A DNA stretch of 64,000 bases from a virus, in IMG/VR virus record IMGVR_UViG_3300036768_001133, positions 8,796-72,795 of that record, one strand, 5' to 3'. The notes under the pieces were generated by a model. It had not been told where the DNA came from. It was given only the letters and a program-made list of their open reading frames with translations, and searched no databases. The translations under genes were made by a program, and so were the position numbers. This document shows, piece after piece, positions 1-8,125 of this stretch (position 1 is its first letter; each line of letters opens with the position of its first letter).

Positions 1-432
1 ATCAAATACATAATCTATTACCTTGCCTCTATCCTTGTAATATCCCTTATAGATAAGTTTAGGGTTTATAGCATATACTCCACGACCTATGCGTATTAAA
101 ACATTACAAGATACCAAATTATATATGCTTTTTTCTACACACCTTATACTAATACCTAATGTATCCCCTATTATACCCTTATTACGTTTATTTAATACAA
201 TATGCACCAAATCACTACCATAATAGACCTCTCCTAATAAATAGAATAATATCCTATAATCTGTAATATTCACTAAACAACTACACCAACTCATATCCTC
301 CACATATAACTGCACAAACATTTCTACCTCTACACGCTTCACTATACTACTACGCTCCACTAATACACTACCTCCACCTACATTCGTAGTGTCTAAACGC
401 TCATATATTACCTTCCTTGTTCGCTTGGACAT
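1..432 (-). CDS. RepL-like winged-helix replication/regulatory protein (3' end runs off the window; absent from the ORF track)
   Basis: My translation from ATG at 432: MSKRTRKVIYERL...VKRVEVEMFVQLYVED...ISIRCVEKSIYNLVSCNVLIRIGRGVYAINPKLIYKGYYKDRGKV. It is open to base 1, aligns by eye with 7444..7926 and has the RepL-type NPxxxxKG motif after the HTH-wing. Confidence 0.8.
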   Translation of the reverse strand, partial: MSKRTRKVIYERLDTTNVGGGSVLVERSSIVKRVEVEMFVQLYVEDMSWCSCLVNITDYRILFYLLGEVYYGSDLVHIVLNKRNKGIIGDTLGISIRCVEKSIYNLVSCNVLIRIGRGVYAINPKLIYKGYYKDRGKVIDYVFD

Positions 433-460
433 ATACTATTTTTATATGAAAAAAACTTCA

Positions 461-526
461 TTAACGAACTATTGGTTCGGTATTAACGAACTATTGGTTC
501 GGTATTAACGAACTACTGGTTCGGTA
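461..526. repeat. 3 x 22-bp tandem iteron-like repeat (ttaacgaactattggttcggta)
   Basis: Units 461-482, 483-504 and 505-526 (one mismatch in the third); internal dyad cgaac-N5-gttcg; lies just upstream of the RepL-like gene at 1..432. Confidence 0.95.
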
Positions 527-536
527 CTTTTTTCGT

Positions 537-561
537 TAATTCCTTATCTATCAAGCAGATA
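537..561. promoter_or_regulatory. 25-bp dyad IHF-like site, module 1
   Basis: taattccttatctatcaagcagata contains TATCAAgcagATA, one mismatch to the E. coli IHF consensus WATCAANNNNTTR; 10 bp from the repeat array. Confidence 0.5.
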
Positions 562-686
562 CGTATTCATTTGCTATTATCTCACTCTAGCAAAAACTAT
601 TACCTAAAACTACATAAAAAAAATAACAAAAATACCTTATCTAAGGCATATTTGTTACTCCTATGTATAAACCTAACTCCTAAAAA

Positions 687-1115
687 CTAATTCTCAACTT
701 TGCTAATATCTACCTTTTCAAAATTCATCACTAACCTAAACTTCCCCTTCATCAATATATCACTCACCCTATACAACCCTCTCCTAACCCTCTCTAAAAA
801 ACCATAATCCTCTAATACCCTCAATATCATTAACAAATATACACGCTTCACACCTAATAACTCCATCAAATACCTCATACCCTCCCTGTCCCTCGTGCTA
901 AATAAACCATTCCCATATAATACACTTATCTCATATATAGCCTTCATACAACGTGTAAAATTTATTAAACGCTCATCTCCTAAACCCCTCCCCATCATAT
1001 AACCCATAAACTCTATCATATCATATACATTCCCACCCCCTACAACTACCTCTATATAACCATTCCCTATCTCCCTAAAATTAAAAAACTCCTTTAACTT
1101 TACAAACCCTTTCAT
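687..1115 (-). CDS. Winged-helix DNA-binding protein, divergent RepL-like
   Basis: C-terminal LMELLGVKRVYLLMILRVLEDYGFLERVRRGLYRVSDILMKG has the HTH-wing pattern of the two RepL-like proteins, with a degenerate NP..KG motif. Confidence 0.55.
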   Translation of the reverse strand: MKGFVKLKEFFNFREIGNGYIEVVVGGGNVYDMIEFMGYMMGRGLGDERLINFTRCMKAIYEISVLYGNGLFSTRDREGMRYLMELLGVKRVYLLMILRVLEDYGFLERVRRGLYRVSDILMKGKFRLVMNFEKVDISKVEN

Positions 1116-1126
1116 AATATAATAAT

Positions 1127-2977
1127 TTATCCAAATACAAATTTATCCCCCTCCCTACGCCATGTAGGAAACTTAAAACTACTACTACGCTCCTCAAAAC
1201 CTAAACGCAACTCCTCATCATATATCAAACATAACATACTCGCTATCGTCCTGTCATACTCATTCCCCTCAAAATTAAAATTCATTATGTCTTCCACTTG
1301 CTCCCTTATCCATAACTTCTCCATACCCTCCTTCAAATACTTACTAAACCTTTCCACAGCAAACATCTTCCTCCTATAATCCATAACATAACCATACTTG
1401 TTCGTTACCCTACTATACTTTAACCCTATATTCAATAACCTCGGACTACTCGCTAATATACTACCCCAACCTACCTGCTTCAAATACGAAATTATACCTA
1501 TCTTACTATGCTCCACCATCACCTTCGCATTGTAATACAAACATAAACTTAATACACCCTCGTAAAAATCCTCTACATTGCTCGGTCTATCTACATACTC
1601 CGCAACAAACTTCCCCTCCAACCTGTCAAATACATATACAGCCCCCTTACTCTTACTCCATAAACTCTTGTCTTGGTCATAACTATCACAACCCGCTATG
1701 TACCTCCCCTCCTCCACTACCCCACCTACACGTATAGGCTCGTCTATTATTACAAAATTCCCTAACCTGTCCTCCTTAAACTCTACCTCCACCTCAACAC
1801 CACTCCTATATCCATTACAATATAATACACCCCTCTTCACTATTTCCCTATACTCCCTATCACTTATCAATAACAACTCCTCTAACCGCTTCCTCACAAA
1901 CGAAAATGGCGTTATATTGCTTACTAAAAACGCTTCATTTACCTCAAACGGCATCTCTTGTATAAAACTCTCATATGCCCCTATATCACCACTCTCTAAT
2001 AACTTGTTACGCTTCCCCTCTAAATAAACCCTCGCCCCAACTTCATCACTTACCCCATCCTCACCATAATACCCCTCTAACTTCTTGTAAGCAGGTATAA
2101 AATAACATACCCTCTTCCCATTATCAACCTCAAAACTATACAAATTAAAAGCATCAGGATTAAAAAACATATCCCTCGCCTCTATACTACCACCACTCTT
2201 CATCTCTCCACCAGTACCAAATAATATCGCTACACCAGTCCTTATACTACCCCTGTACAAACTATTCTCCACAGCCTTGTAACTATCCTTCAAATTGCTC
2301 TTCCAACTACCTACCTCATCTAATATAACCCTCCTCGGTCTCCCACCCCTCGCCTTACCACTATCATCAAATATTATCATCTCTACCTCACTATTAAAAC
2401 CCTTTCGCAACCTCTCCCCCTTCTCCCCTATATACTCTACCCCACTCATTATATACCCCTCCTTGTCCTTTATCTTACTATGACGCATCTCCTTCGGCAA
2501 ACTATCTAATCCCTCCACCATCTTCTTCCATAACTTTATACCATGTGGATACGTACTCGCACCCAATAAAGCATAACTATTCCTGTAAAATGTATAACTA
2601 TGCGATAATATACAAGCCCCTATGTAACTCTTACCATAACCCCTCCCAGTTATTACAAGCAAATTCTTCCCACTACTAAATGCTAATTCCACTAAATAAA
2701 ATAACTCCCTGTCCTCCTCACTATAATTCGGATAACCTAATACTACCTTACCACCCTCTAACTTGTTTATCTTAAAATAATTCAAAAAAAAATAATACTC
2801 CCCAGTTATCAACTTACCCCCTACTTCATACCCGTATAAACACCTATTCAACTCCTCCCTCCACCAACCTATATACCCCTCCTCTCCCTCTACATAAGGA
2901 CAACCTAACCTCGCCCTAATCAATTCATCTATATACCTGCGCTCCATAATAAAATATATTTTAATAAAATATACCAA
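1127..2977 (-). CDS. terL: Terminase large subunit (crAss-like)
   Basis: N-terminal ITGEYYFFLNY, Walker A TGRGYGKS, Walker B VILDEVG, GTGG coupling motif, RNase H-like nuclease IAGCDSYDQD...DR. The true start may be MERRY at 2947. Confidence 0.93.
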   Translation of the reverse strand: MVYFIKIYFIMERRYIDELIRARLGCPYVEGEEGYIGWWREELNRCLYGYEVGGKLITGEYYFFLNYFKINKLEGGKVVLGYPNYSEEDRELFYLVELAFSSGKNLLVITGRGYGKSYIGACILSHSYTFYRNSYALLGASTYPHGIKLWKKMVEGLDSLPKEMRHSKIKDKEGYIMSGVEYIGEKGERLRKGFNSEVEMIIFDDSGKARGGRPRRVILDEVGSWKSNLKDSYKAVENSLYRGSIRTGVAILFGTGGEMKSGGSIEARDMFFNPDAFNLYSFEVDNGKRVCYFIPAYKKLEGYYGEDGVSDEVGARVYLEGKRNKLLESGDIGAYESFIQEMPFEVNEAFLVSNITPFSFVRKRLEELLLISDREYREIVKRGVLYCNGYRSGVEVEVEFKEDRLGNFVIIDEPIRVGGVVEEGRYIAGCDSYDQDKSLWSKSKGAVYVFDRLEGKFVAEYVDRPSNVEDFYEGVLSLCLYYNAKVMVEHSKIGIISYLKQVGWGSILASSPRLLNIGLKYSRVTNKYGYVMDYRRKMFAVERFSKYLKEGMEKLWIREQVEDIMNFNFEGNEYDRTIASMLCLIYDEELRLGFEERSSSFKFPTWRREGDKFVFG

Positions 2978-2978
2978 C

Positions 2979-3494
2979 CTATATCAACCTGTCTATTAAA
3001 CCCTCCTCCATATTCCCCCTCCTACGCTTACTGCCAGATACACCCCCTAACCCTAATACCAATCCCAACTCCTTCCTCAATTTCACCATATCTAATATCG
3101 CCTTCACCTTCTTCGGCTCACTCTCTACATCTATATCACTCCCACTATAATCCCTAACTACCCTGTCTATACGCTCCACTAACCTCCTATAAACACGCTC
3201 CTCCTGATTGCCTACCTCCTCTAATATCCTATCCACTAAATTAACCAATACCCCCAATAAATTACTATACTCCTCCCTGCTCATCTCCCTACTAAATATG
3301 TCCCTGTATATCACCTCCCCACGCAACGTAATGTCCCCATATACATATACACTGCAATAATACCAATATACATACCTCCTCAAAAAATATTCCTCAACCT
3401 CCCCTAAACCTACTACCAAATTACGCCAATATAAACGATAATCCTCACTTACCTCATATCTATCCCCAATACGCTCTATTATACCTAATTCCAT
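2979..3494 (-). CDS. Hypothetical protein upstream of TerL (possible terminase small subunit by position)
   Basis: 171-aa ORF abutting terL; function inferred from position only. Confidence 0.6.
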   Translation of the reverse strand: MELGIIERIGDRYEVSEDYRLYWRNLVVGLGEVEEYFLRRYVYWYYCSVYVYGDITLRGEVIYRDIFSREMSREEYSNLLGVLVNLVDRILEEVGNQEERVYRRLVERIDRVVRDYSGSDIDVESEPKKVKAILDMVKLRKELGLVLGLGGVSGSKRRRGNMEEGLIDRLI

Positions 3495-3497
3495 ATA

Positions 3498-4268
3498 CTA
3501 ATCCCCTTTTTTACTTATACACTTGCATACACCATATAACTCACTAATATCTAAACTCTCACCAACCCCATAACGCTTGTTACCATAATTCACCCAACCT
3601 ATATTCCCCAACCTGAACCTTATCGTAAAATTATTCCCATTCCTGCCATAATGCCCAAAATCTAAACTACTATCACCTCCCCTTAACCTTAATAATAACC
3701 TTAATAAACTACCCCATAAAGCCTCTAAATACCCGTGAAATACTAAATGACCATAATCACTACATAACATCCTATACCTCCATAAATAACTACCTAATAC
3801 ATCCCCTCCCCTCAATATACCCCTGTAAAATATACCCATTACCCTCAATAAATAAAAATATACATATAACCTCCAATGAAATAAATACCTATCCTTTATC
3901 ACTACTACATTATACCCCCTCTCCAATATCTCCCTGTACATCAACCCATAATCTATATCTATAAACCTGTTTATCCTTAACCTGTAATCCTGTAAATAAT
4001 ATATCTCCCTTAAACAAACACCATTGTAAAATAAACCATTCCCCATCACCATTATACTATAATAATCCCCCTCCCCCTCCCCACCTAATAACCAATCCTC
4101 CATCAATAAACCCCCATATATACCACCACTTATACATACTAAACCATTGCAATTCCTATGACTATACATTATGTTCATCATAAACATAAATAATATCTCC
4201 CCAATTATACCACTATACCCATAACCACGCATTATACCCCTAATACGCTCCTTTAATGAAATAACCAT
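3498..4268 (-). CDS. Hypothetical protein, first gene of the leftward arm
   Basis: 256-aa ORF packed against the next gene with a promoter upstream; extreme composition (no Pro, one each of Ala, Thr, Gln). Confidence 0.6.
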   Translation of the reverse strand: MVISLKERIRGIMRGYGYSGIIGEILFMFMMNIMYSHRNCNGLVCISGGIYGGLLMEDWLLGGEGEGDYYSIMVMGNGLFYNGVCLREIYYLQDYRLRINRFIDIDYGLMYREILERGYNVVVIKDRYLFHWRLYVYFYLLRVMGIFYRGILRGGDVLGSYLWRYRMLCSDYGHLVFHGYLEALWGSLLRLLLRLRGGDSSLDFGHYGRNGNNFTIRFRLGNIGWVNYGNKRYGVGESLDISELYGVCKCISKKGD

Positions 4269-4317
4269 AACAACCTACAATTTCATAAAAAAATACAAAA
4301 ATAAAAATAAATCCCTA

Positions 4318-4348
4318 CAAAATTAAAAACTTATACCACTACTACAAA
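4318..4348 (-). promoter_or_regulatory. Bacteroidota sigma-A type promoter for the terminase arm
   Basis: The minus strand reads TTTG-N19-TAATTTTG, matching the -33/-7 consensus, about 50 bp upstream of the start at 4268. Confidence 0.7.
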
Positions 4349-4483
4349 CAAAAATCTAAAAATTGTCCGATAATAATAACAAAATACTATAAATCATAAA
4401 ATAACCAAATAACCTAAAAACATCTTGATAAACATAAAATATGCCAATGAACATAAGGGTAATACCCAAAGTACCCCCCAATC

Positions 4484-4840
4484 GTGAAACTAAATGAAAT
4501 TCGTATGAGAAAGAAACAAGAAAATCTTGCCAAAGATTTTGACGCTGCAGTCAAACACAACAGGCAGGTATTGTTGGATTTAGGTATAAATCTAACAACA
4601 GCTAAAAAGGGCACATTTGAGGTGTCACTTTCGAAAAAGAAAGTTTCAAGAAGAAACTTCACAAAAAACGAAGTGGAGCAAAGGGAGCTATTCTTCATTA
4701 GCTCCAAATGCGGGAGTCTAAATTTTCCTGCAGATATGCTTGTGCTAACCAGTCCTAAGGTTAGCACAAAGTTAGAAGTGGCTCAGATTGAATATAACCA
4801 ACGAGGTTATATTCAAAGGGTTATTGGTTCGTTCCAATAA
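4484..4840 (+). CDS. Hypothetical early protein (basic), first gene of the rightward arm
   Basis: 118-aa ORF followed by a terminator; base composition is more balanced than its neighbours. Confidence 0.7.
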   Translation: MKLNEIRMRKKQENLAKDFDAAVKHNRQVLLDLGINLTTAKKGTFEVSLSKKKVSRRNFTKNEVEQRELFFISSKCGSLNFPADMLVLTSPKVSTKLEVAQIEYNQRGYIQRVIGSFQ

Positions 4841-4852
4841 CCCGTGTTGTGT

Positions 4853-4877
4853 GGGGGCAATTGCCCCCTCTTTTTTT
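4853..4877 (+). terminator. Rho-independent terminator
   Basis: Perfect palindrome gggggcaattgccccc followed by a T run. Confidence 0.75.
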
Positions 4878-4930
4878 CAGCTTTTTTGGCTTTTTTTCGG
4901 TATTGCTTATTTATTTAAACAAAAAAAAGT

Positions 4931-5098
4931 ATGAAAAGATACCTTATTCATTACTATATACCCTCCCAAAATGTATTTTTGAGAGGGGTATTCGAAGCCG
5001 AAAGCAAATCGGCTTTAATTTCTGAATTGAGAGATTTAGGGTATAGAATTTACAATATTACTTCTATACCTAAACATTTTCATTCTTCTTCCAATTAA
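4931..5098 (+). CDS. Small hypothetical protein (55 aa)
   Basis: ATG after an A-rich leader; MKRYLIHYYIPSQNVFLRGVFEAESKSALISELRDLGYRIYNITSIPKHFHSSSN; below the ORF-track cutoff. Confidence 0.6.
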   Translation: MKRYLIHYYIPSQNVFLRGVFEAESKSALISELRDLGYRIYNITSIPKHFHSSSN

Positions 5099-5127
5099 CC
5101 ACTTAAACCACTTAAACTTAAACGAAA

Positions 5128-5502
5128 ATGAAAGAAGGAAAAAAATACAAAATTATTAGACTCACCCCATACGTTATTAGTGTATGGGGGGACAATGGAT
5201 ATCTAAGTATTCGAACCCTAATAAGGAACTTATGTAACAAAGGGTTCTGTACAAGCTTCCTTGTGAAAAACAAGGAAATGCTTGGGTCTAATCCAACTAT
5301 GTTGGATAATGAAATTATTGATAATATGTTATTCCTTTACAGCCTCGATATAGAGGCGGTAAAGAAAGAATACGAAAGTATTCGTTTGTTTTTAGCCGAA
5401 AACCTAATTAGGTTTTCGGATGAACAATTTCAAAAGAGATATTCTGCCTCCTTTTATAGGAGGTATAGAAGCCTGCCCGACATATGGATCGAGGTAGGAT
5501 AA
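5128..5502 (+). CDS. Hypothetical protein
   Basis: 124-aa ORF with A-rich leader and downstream terminator. Confidence 0.7.
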   Translation: MKEGKKYKIIRLTPYVISVWGDNGYLSIRTLIRNLCNKGFCTSFLVKNKEMLGSNPTMLDNEIIDNMLFLYSLDIEAVKKEYESIRLFLAENLIRFSDEQFQKRYSASFYRRYRSLPDIWIEVG

Positions 5503-5508
5503 TAGTAT

Positions 5509-5548
5509 AGATAGATAACGACATTAGTTGTTATCTATCTTTTTTTTT
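5509..5548 (+). terminator. Rho-independent terminator
   Basis: agatagataacgac-atta-gttgttatctatct hairpin followed by a T run. Confidence 0.75.
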
Positions 5549-5645
5549 GGTTTTTATGTTAGCAGATAAATCAAATTTTTCACTTTCTTCAAGCTCAAAA
5601 CCCTTATTAGGTGAGGGCTTGAAAGTAATAAAGGTATTAGGCACT

Positions 5646-5966
5646 ATGAAGTGCCAAAACCTGTTGAGATATATAAACGAAAACTTTGACAAGTTTTCGT
5701 TTTATGTAAATAATACTCTTTATTTATATTGTATAGATGAAGAGTATGAAGAGCAATATTATATAGGTGAATTAGAGAAGCCTATATATGGGGATTTCAT
5801 AGTAATGATAGTACCACCAAGTTTGGGTACTATTTATTACGATACAGATTACTATGGTAATATAGTGTATTACTATAGTAATATAGTATATAGTAATGCT
5901 AATGATTTGGATAGTATTACTATGGAGAAAGAATACTATGGTATAAGATGTTTAATATCTATATAG
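5646..5966 (+). CDS. Hypothetical Tyr-rich protein
   Basis: Part of ORF 5547..5966. I prefer the in-frame ATG at 5646 because the TTG start overlaps the terminator. Confidence 0.55.
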   Translation: MKCQNLLRYINENFDKFSFYVNNTLYLYCIDEEYEEQYYIGELEKPIYGDFIVMIVPPSLGTIYYDTDYYGNIVYYYSNIVYSNANDLDSITMEKEYYGIRCLISI

Positions 5967-6009
5967 GGATTTAAATAAAAAAAACTTAGGGTAATTGAAA
6001 AAATGACTT

Positions 6010-6138
6010 ATGGCAAGGATTCTATTCTTTATATTTCTTTTACTACTTTTAAATGCTGTTATGGTAATATTAGCATATTCGCAAATAAAATATGGATTGT
6101 ATAAAACAAAAAATATAAAATACATTAAAAAAATATAA
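6010..6138 (+). CDS. Small single-pass membrane protein (42 aa)
   Basis: MARILFFIFLLLLLNAVMVILAYSQIKYGLYKTKNIKYIKKI; partly duplicated at about 9600-9753. Confidence 0.5.
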   Translation: MARILFFIFLLLLLNAVMVILAYSQIKYGLYKTKNIKYIKKI

Positions 6139-6151
6139 AATACATTAAAAT

Positions 6152-6730
6152 ATGGAGTTCATTATTGAATTAAGCAGGTTGAGGGAAACTCCCTGCGAAA
6201 GATACCTTAAACATTTTGAAAATGGGAAAGTAGATGCTCTCAAGCTATTTAGAGAGCTTGGACAGAAATACGAATGGTTATACAACCATTCGGATTATGA
6301 TATTATAAGATTTGAAATAGAAAACGGGATATTTAATTGGGAAGAATATAGTTACTATGTTCCCCAATATTGTCCTGAATATTTTGATGGAAATAAATAC
6401 AATTGGAGAGAAGATAGCTGGGCAATAGTTCAATATTGTCCAGAGCATTTTGATGGGGATAAATACAACTGGGAAAAAGATAGTTGGGCAATAGTTAAAT
6501 TTTGTCCTGAATACTTTGATGGAAATAAATACAACTGGAAAGATCAAGGTTGGGCAATAGTTAAATATTGTCCTGAATACTTTGATGGAAATAAATACAA
6601 TTGGGAGAAACATAGCTATTATGTAGCTATGTATTGTCCTAAATTGTTGGACAAGAATAAATACAATTGGAGAGAAGATAGTTGGGCAGTATCTGAATAT
6701 TGTCCCGAACTATTGAAATATAAACCTTAA
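6152..6730 (+). CDS. 22-aa tandem-repeat protein, paralog 1 (6 repeats)
   Basis: Conserved ~60-aa N-domain, then repeats YNWxxx(S/G)(WA/YY)(I/V)xxYCPxxxDxxK, then a PELLKYKP cap. Confidence 0.9.
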   Translation: MEFIIELSRLRETPCERYLKHFENGKVDALKLFRELGQKYEWLYNHSDYDIIRFEIENGIFNWEEYSYYVPQYCPEYFDGNKYNWREDSWAIVQYCPEHFDGDKYNWEKDSWAIVKFCPEYFDGNKYNWKDQGWAIVKYCPEYFDGNKYNWEKHSYYVAMYCPKLLDKNKYNWREDSWAVSEYCPELLKYKP

Positions 6731-6738
6731 CATTTCAT

Positions 6739-6770
6739 AACACACAAAGTTACAAACTTTGTGTGTTTTT
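6739..6770 (+). terminator. Rho-independent terminator
   Basis: aacacacaaagtt-aca-aactttgtgtgtt 13-bp stem followed by Ts, directly after paralog 1. Confidence 0.75.
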
Positions 6771-7044
6771 ATTTGTGTTCGTTATTAGTTCAAAAATGTA
6801 ACAACAAAAATTTAAAAAATAGGCAAGTGTGATAAAGCCAATTACATAGACTACAAGTTCCTAGATAAAAAGCCCACTATTAGAGATTTTCAAGAAAAAA
6901 ATCTACTTACAAATTTTGAACTTTTTCAAGATATTGCCGCTTAACTCACGTTATATAATATTTATATGTGTGTAATAATTCACACATATAGATTTTTTTT
7001 ATGCTTACGCATACGCTAAATATATAAGAAAAGAAAATATAGGA

Positions 7045-7069
7045 TAATACATTGTTTATCAATGTTTTA
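7045..7069. promoter_or_regulatory. 25-bp dyad IHF-like site, module 2
   Basis: taatacattgtttatcaatgtttta contains an exact WATCAANNNNTTR match (7057-7069) and a one-mismatch copy on the other strand. Confidence 0.55.
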
Positions 7070-7080
7070 CGATAAAAATT

Positions 7081-7145
7081 ATTACTCTATGGGGCTAATG
7101 AAATTACTCTGTGGGAGTAATTTCAATAGTCTGTCAGAGTAGTAA
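7081..7145. repeat. 3 x 22-bp degenerate iteron-like repeat (attactctgtgggagtaatttc type)
   Basis: attactctatggggctaatgaa / attactctgtgggagtaatttc / aatagtctgtcagagtagtaa; the middle unit is an attactc-N5-gagtaat dyad. Confidence 0.7.
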
Positions 7146-7214
7146 AAAATTTAAAAGAAGTCCTTTTTTTTTAGTTTATGTGTGCAATATACTAATATAT
7201 AGTAAAATAAGAGT

Positions 7215-7239
7215 TAAATAATTGATTATCATATATTTA
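7215..7239. promoter_or_regulatory. 25-bp dyad IHF-like site, module 3
   Basis: taaataattgattatcatatattta has an exact WATCAANNNNTTR match on the minus strand (7215-7227) and sits in a longer inverted repeat taagagttaaata...tatttaactctta. Confidence 0.55.
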
Positions 7240-7250
7240 ACTCTTATGAA

Positions 7251-7315
7251 AATGTCGTTTTCGGTTGATAATAATGTCGTTTTCGGTTAATAATAATGTC
7301 GTTTTCGGTTAATAA
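7251..7315. repeat. 3 x 22-bp tandem iteron-like repeat (aatgtcgttttcggttaataat)
   Basis: Units start at 7251, 7273 and 7295; followed by an AT-rich tract and the RepL gene. Confidence 0.95.
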
Positions 7316-7443
7316 AATACACTATTTTGAGTGTATTTTATACATTATTTGATATGTATAAAGAAAATGTATTTTAAGCTTTTTTTTTAATTTTTAATAC
7401 TTATATTTGTGTGTATTAAATACTAATTATTAGATGTAAAAAT

Positions 7444-7926
7444 ATGAAAAATGCAAAGACAAAAATTTATGAAGAGATTAAAACTGTAATAAACGAAGAT
7501 GGGGAAATAATTACAGCTGAATTTACAACAGTAAAAAAAGTAACTAAGGAAACGTTCTTACAGGTTTATTTAGATGATTTTTACTCCTTAATGAGAATTA
7601 GAGAGGGAAACGAATACAAATTAGTTCTGTGGATAGGTAAAAATATGAATTTCGATAATGAAATAATACTGGTTAAGGAAATAAAAAATAGAATCGCCAA
7701 TGAAATTGAGTGTAATGTAAGAACCATAGATAACTCAATACGGTCGTTGGTATCTAAGGGCATTTTAATCAAGTCTGGGAGGGCTATTTTTACTTTAAAC
7801 CCACATTTATTTTTCAAGGGCAGCTTAGACCAGCGGAATAAACTCAAAAAGCTTATAAAGAAAGTAGAATACGATTTCTTAGAAGAAGATGAAACAAAAG
7901 AAATACAAAGTGATAGCAAAGGTTGA
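7444..7926 (+). CDS. repL: RepL-family replication initiator/maintenance protein
   Basis: IANEIECNVRTIDNSIRSLVSKGILIKSGRAIFTLNPHLFFKG (wHTH plus NPxxFFKG); TATATTTG -7 box at 7402-7409. Confidence 0.8.
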   Translation: MKNAKTKIYEEIKTVINEDGEIITAEFTTVKKVTKETFLQVYLDDFYSLMRIREGNEYKLVLWIGKNMNFDNEIILVKEIKNRIANEIECNVRTIDNSIRSLVSKGILIKSGRAIFTLNPHLFFKGSLDQRNKLKKLIKKVEYDFLEEDETKEIQSDSKG

Positions 7927-8125
7927 TAATAACAAGTTTGTAAAGTATAACGTAAATAATTTGATTCTTTTCACGAAATTTCTTGACAGGAGCTTTCAGG
8001 TTTGTTGGCGTTGGTTCAATGTGATAGCAATATTTTGTTTGTTTTATATGGCTACTATTTTTACATTTGTGTTAGTAGTTAGTTTTATATTATTACCTAT
8101 AAAGGTTATACTATGGTTAGTATGA
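7889..8125 (+). CDS. Hypothetical protein with C-terminal hydrophobic segment
   Basis: 78-aa ORF overlapping both neighbours. Confidence 0.55.
   Translation: MKQKKYKVIAKVDNNKFVKYNVNNLILFTKFLDRSFQVCWRWFNVIAIFCLFYMATIFTFVLVVSFILLPIKVILWLV

Noticed and set aside
4414-4767. Minus-strand ORF of 117 aa
   Set aside because: It is antisense to 4484..4840, which has a more protein-like sequence and its own terminator.
461-7315. CRISPR mini-arrays
   Set aside because: The 22-bp units are head-to-tail with no spacers, and no cas genes are present.
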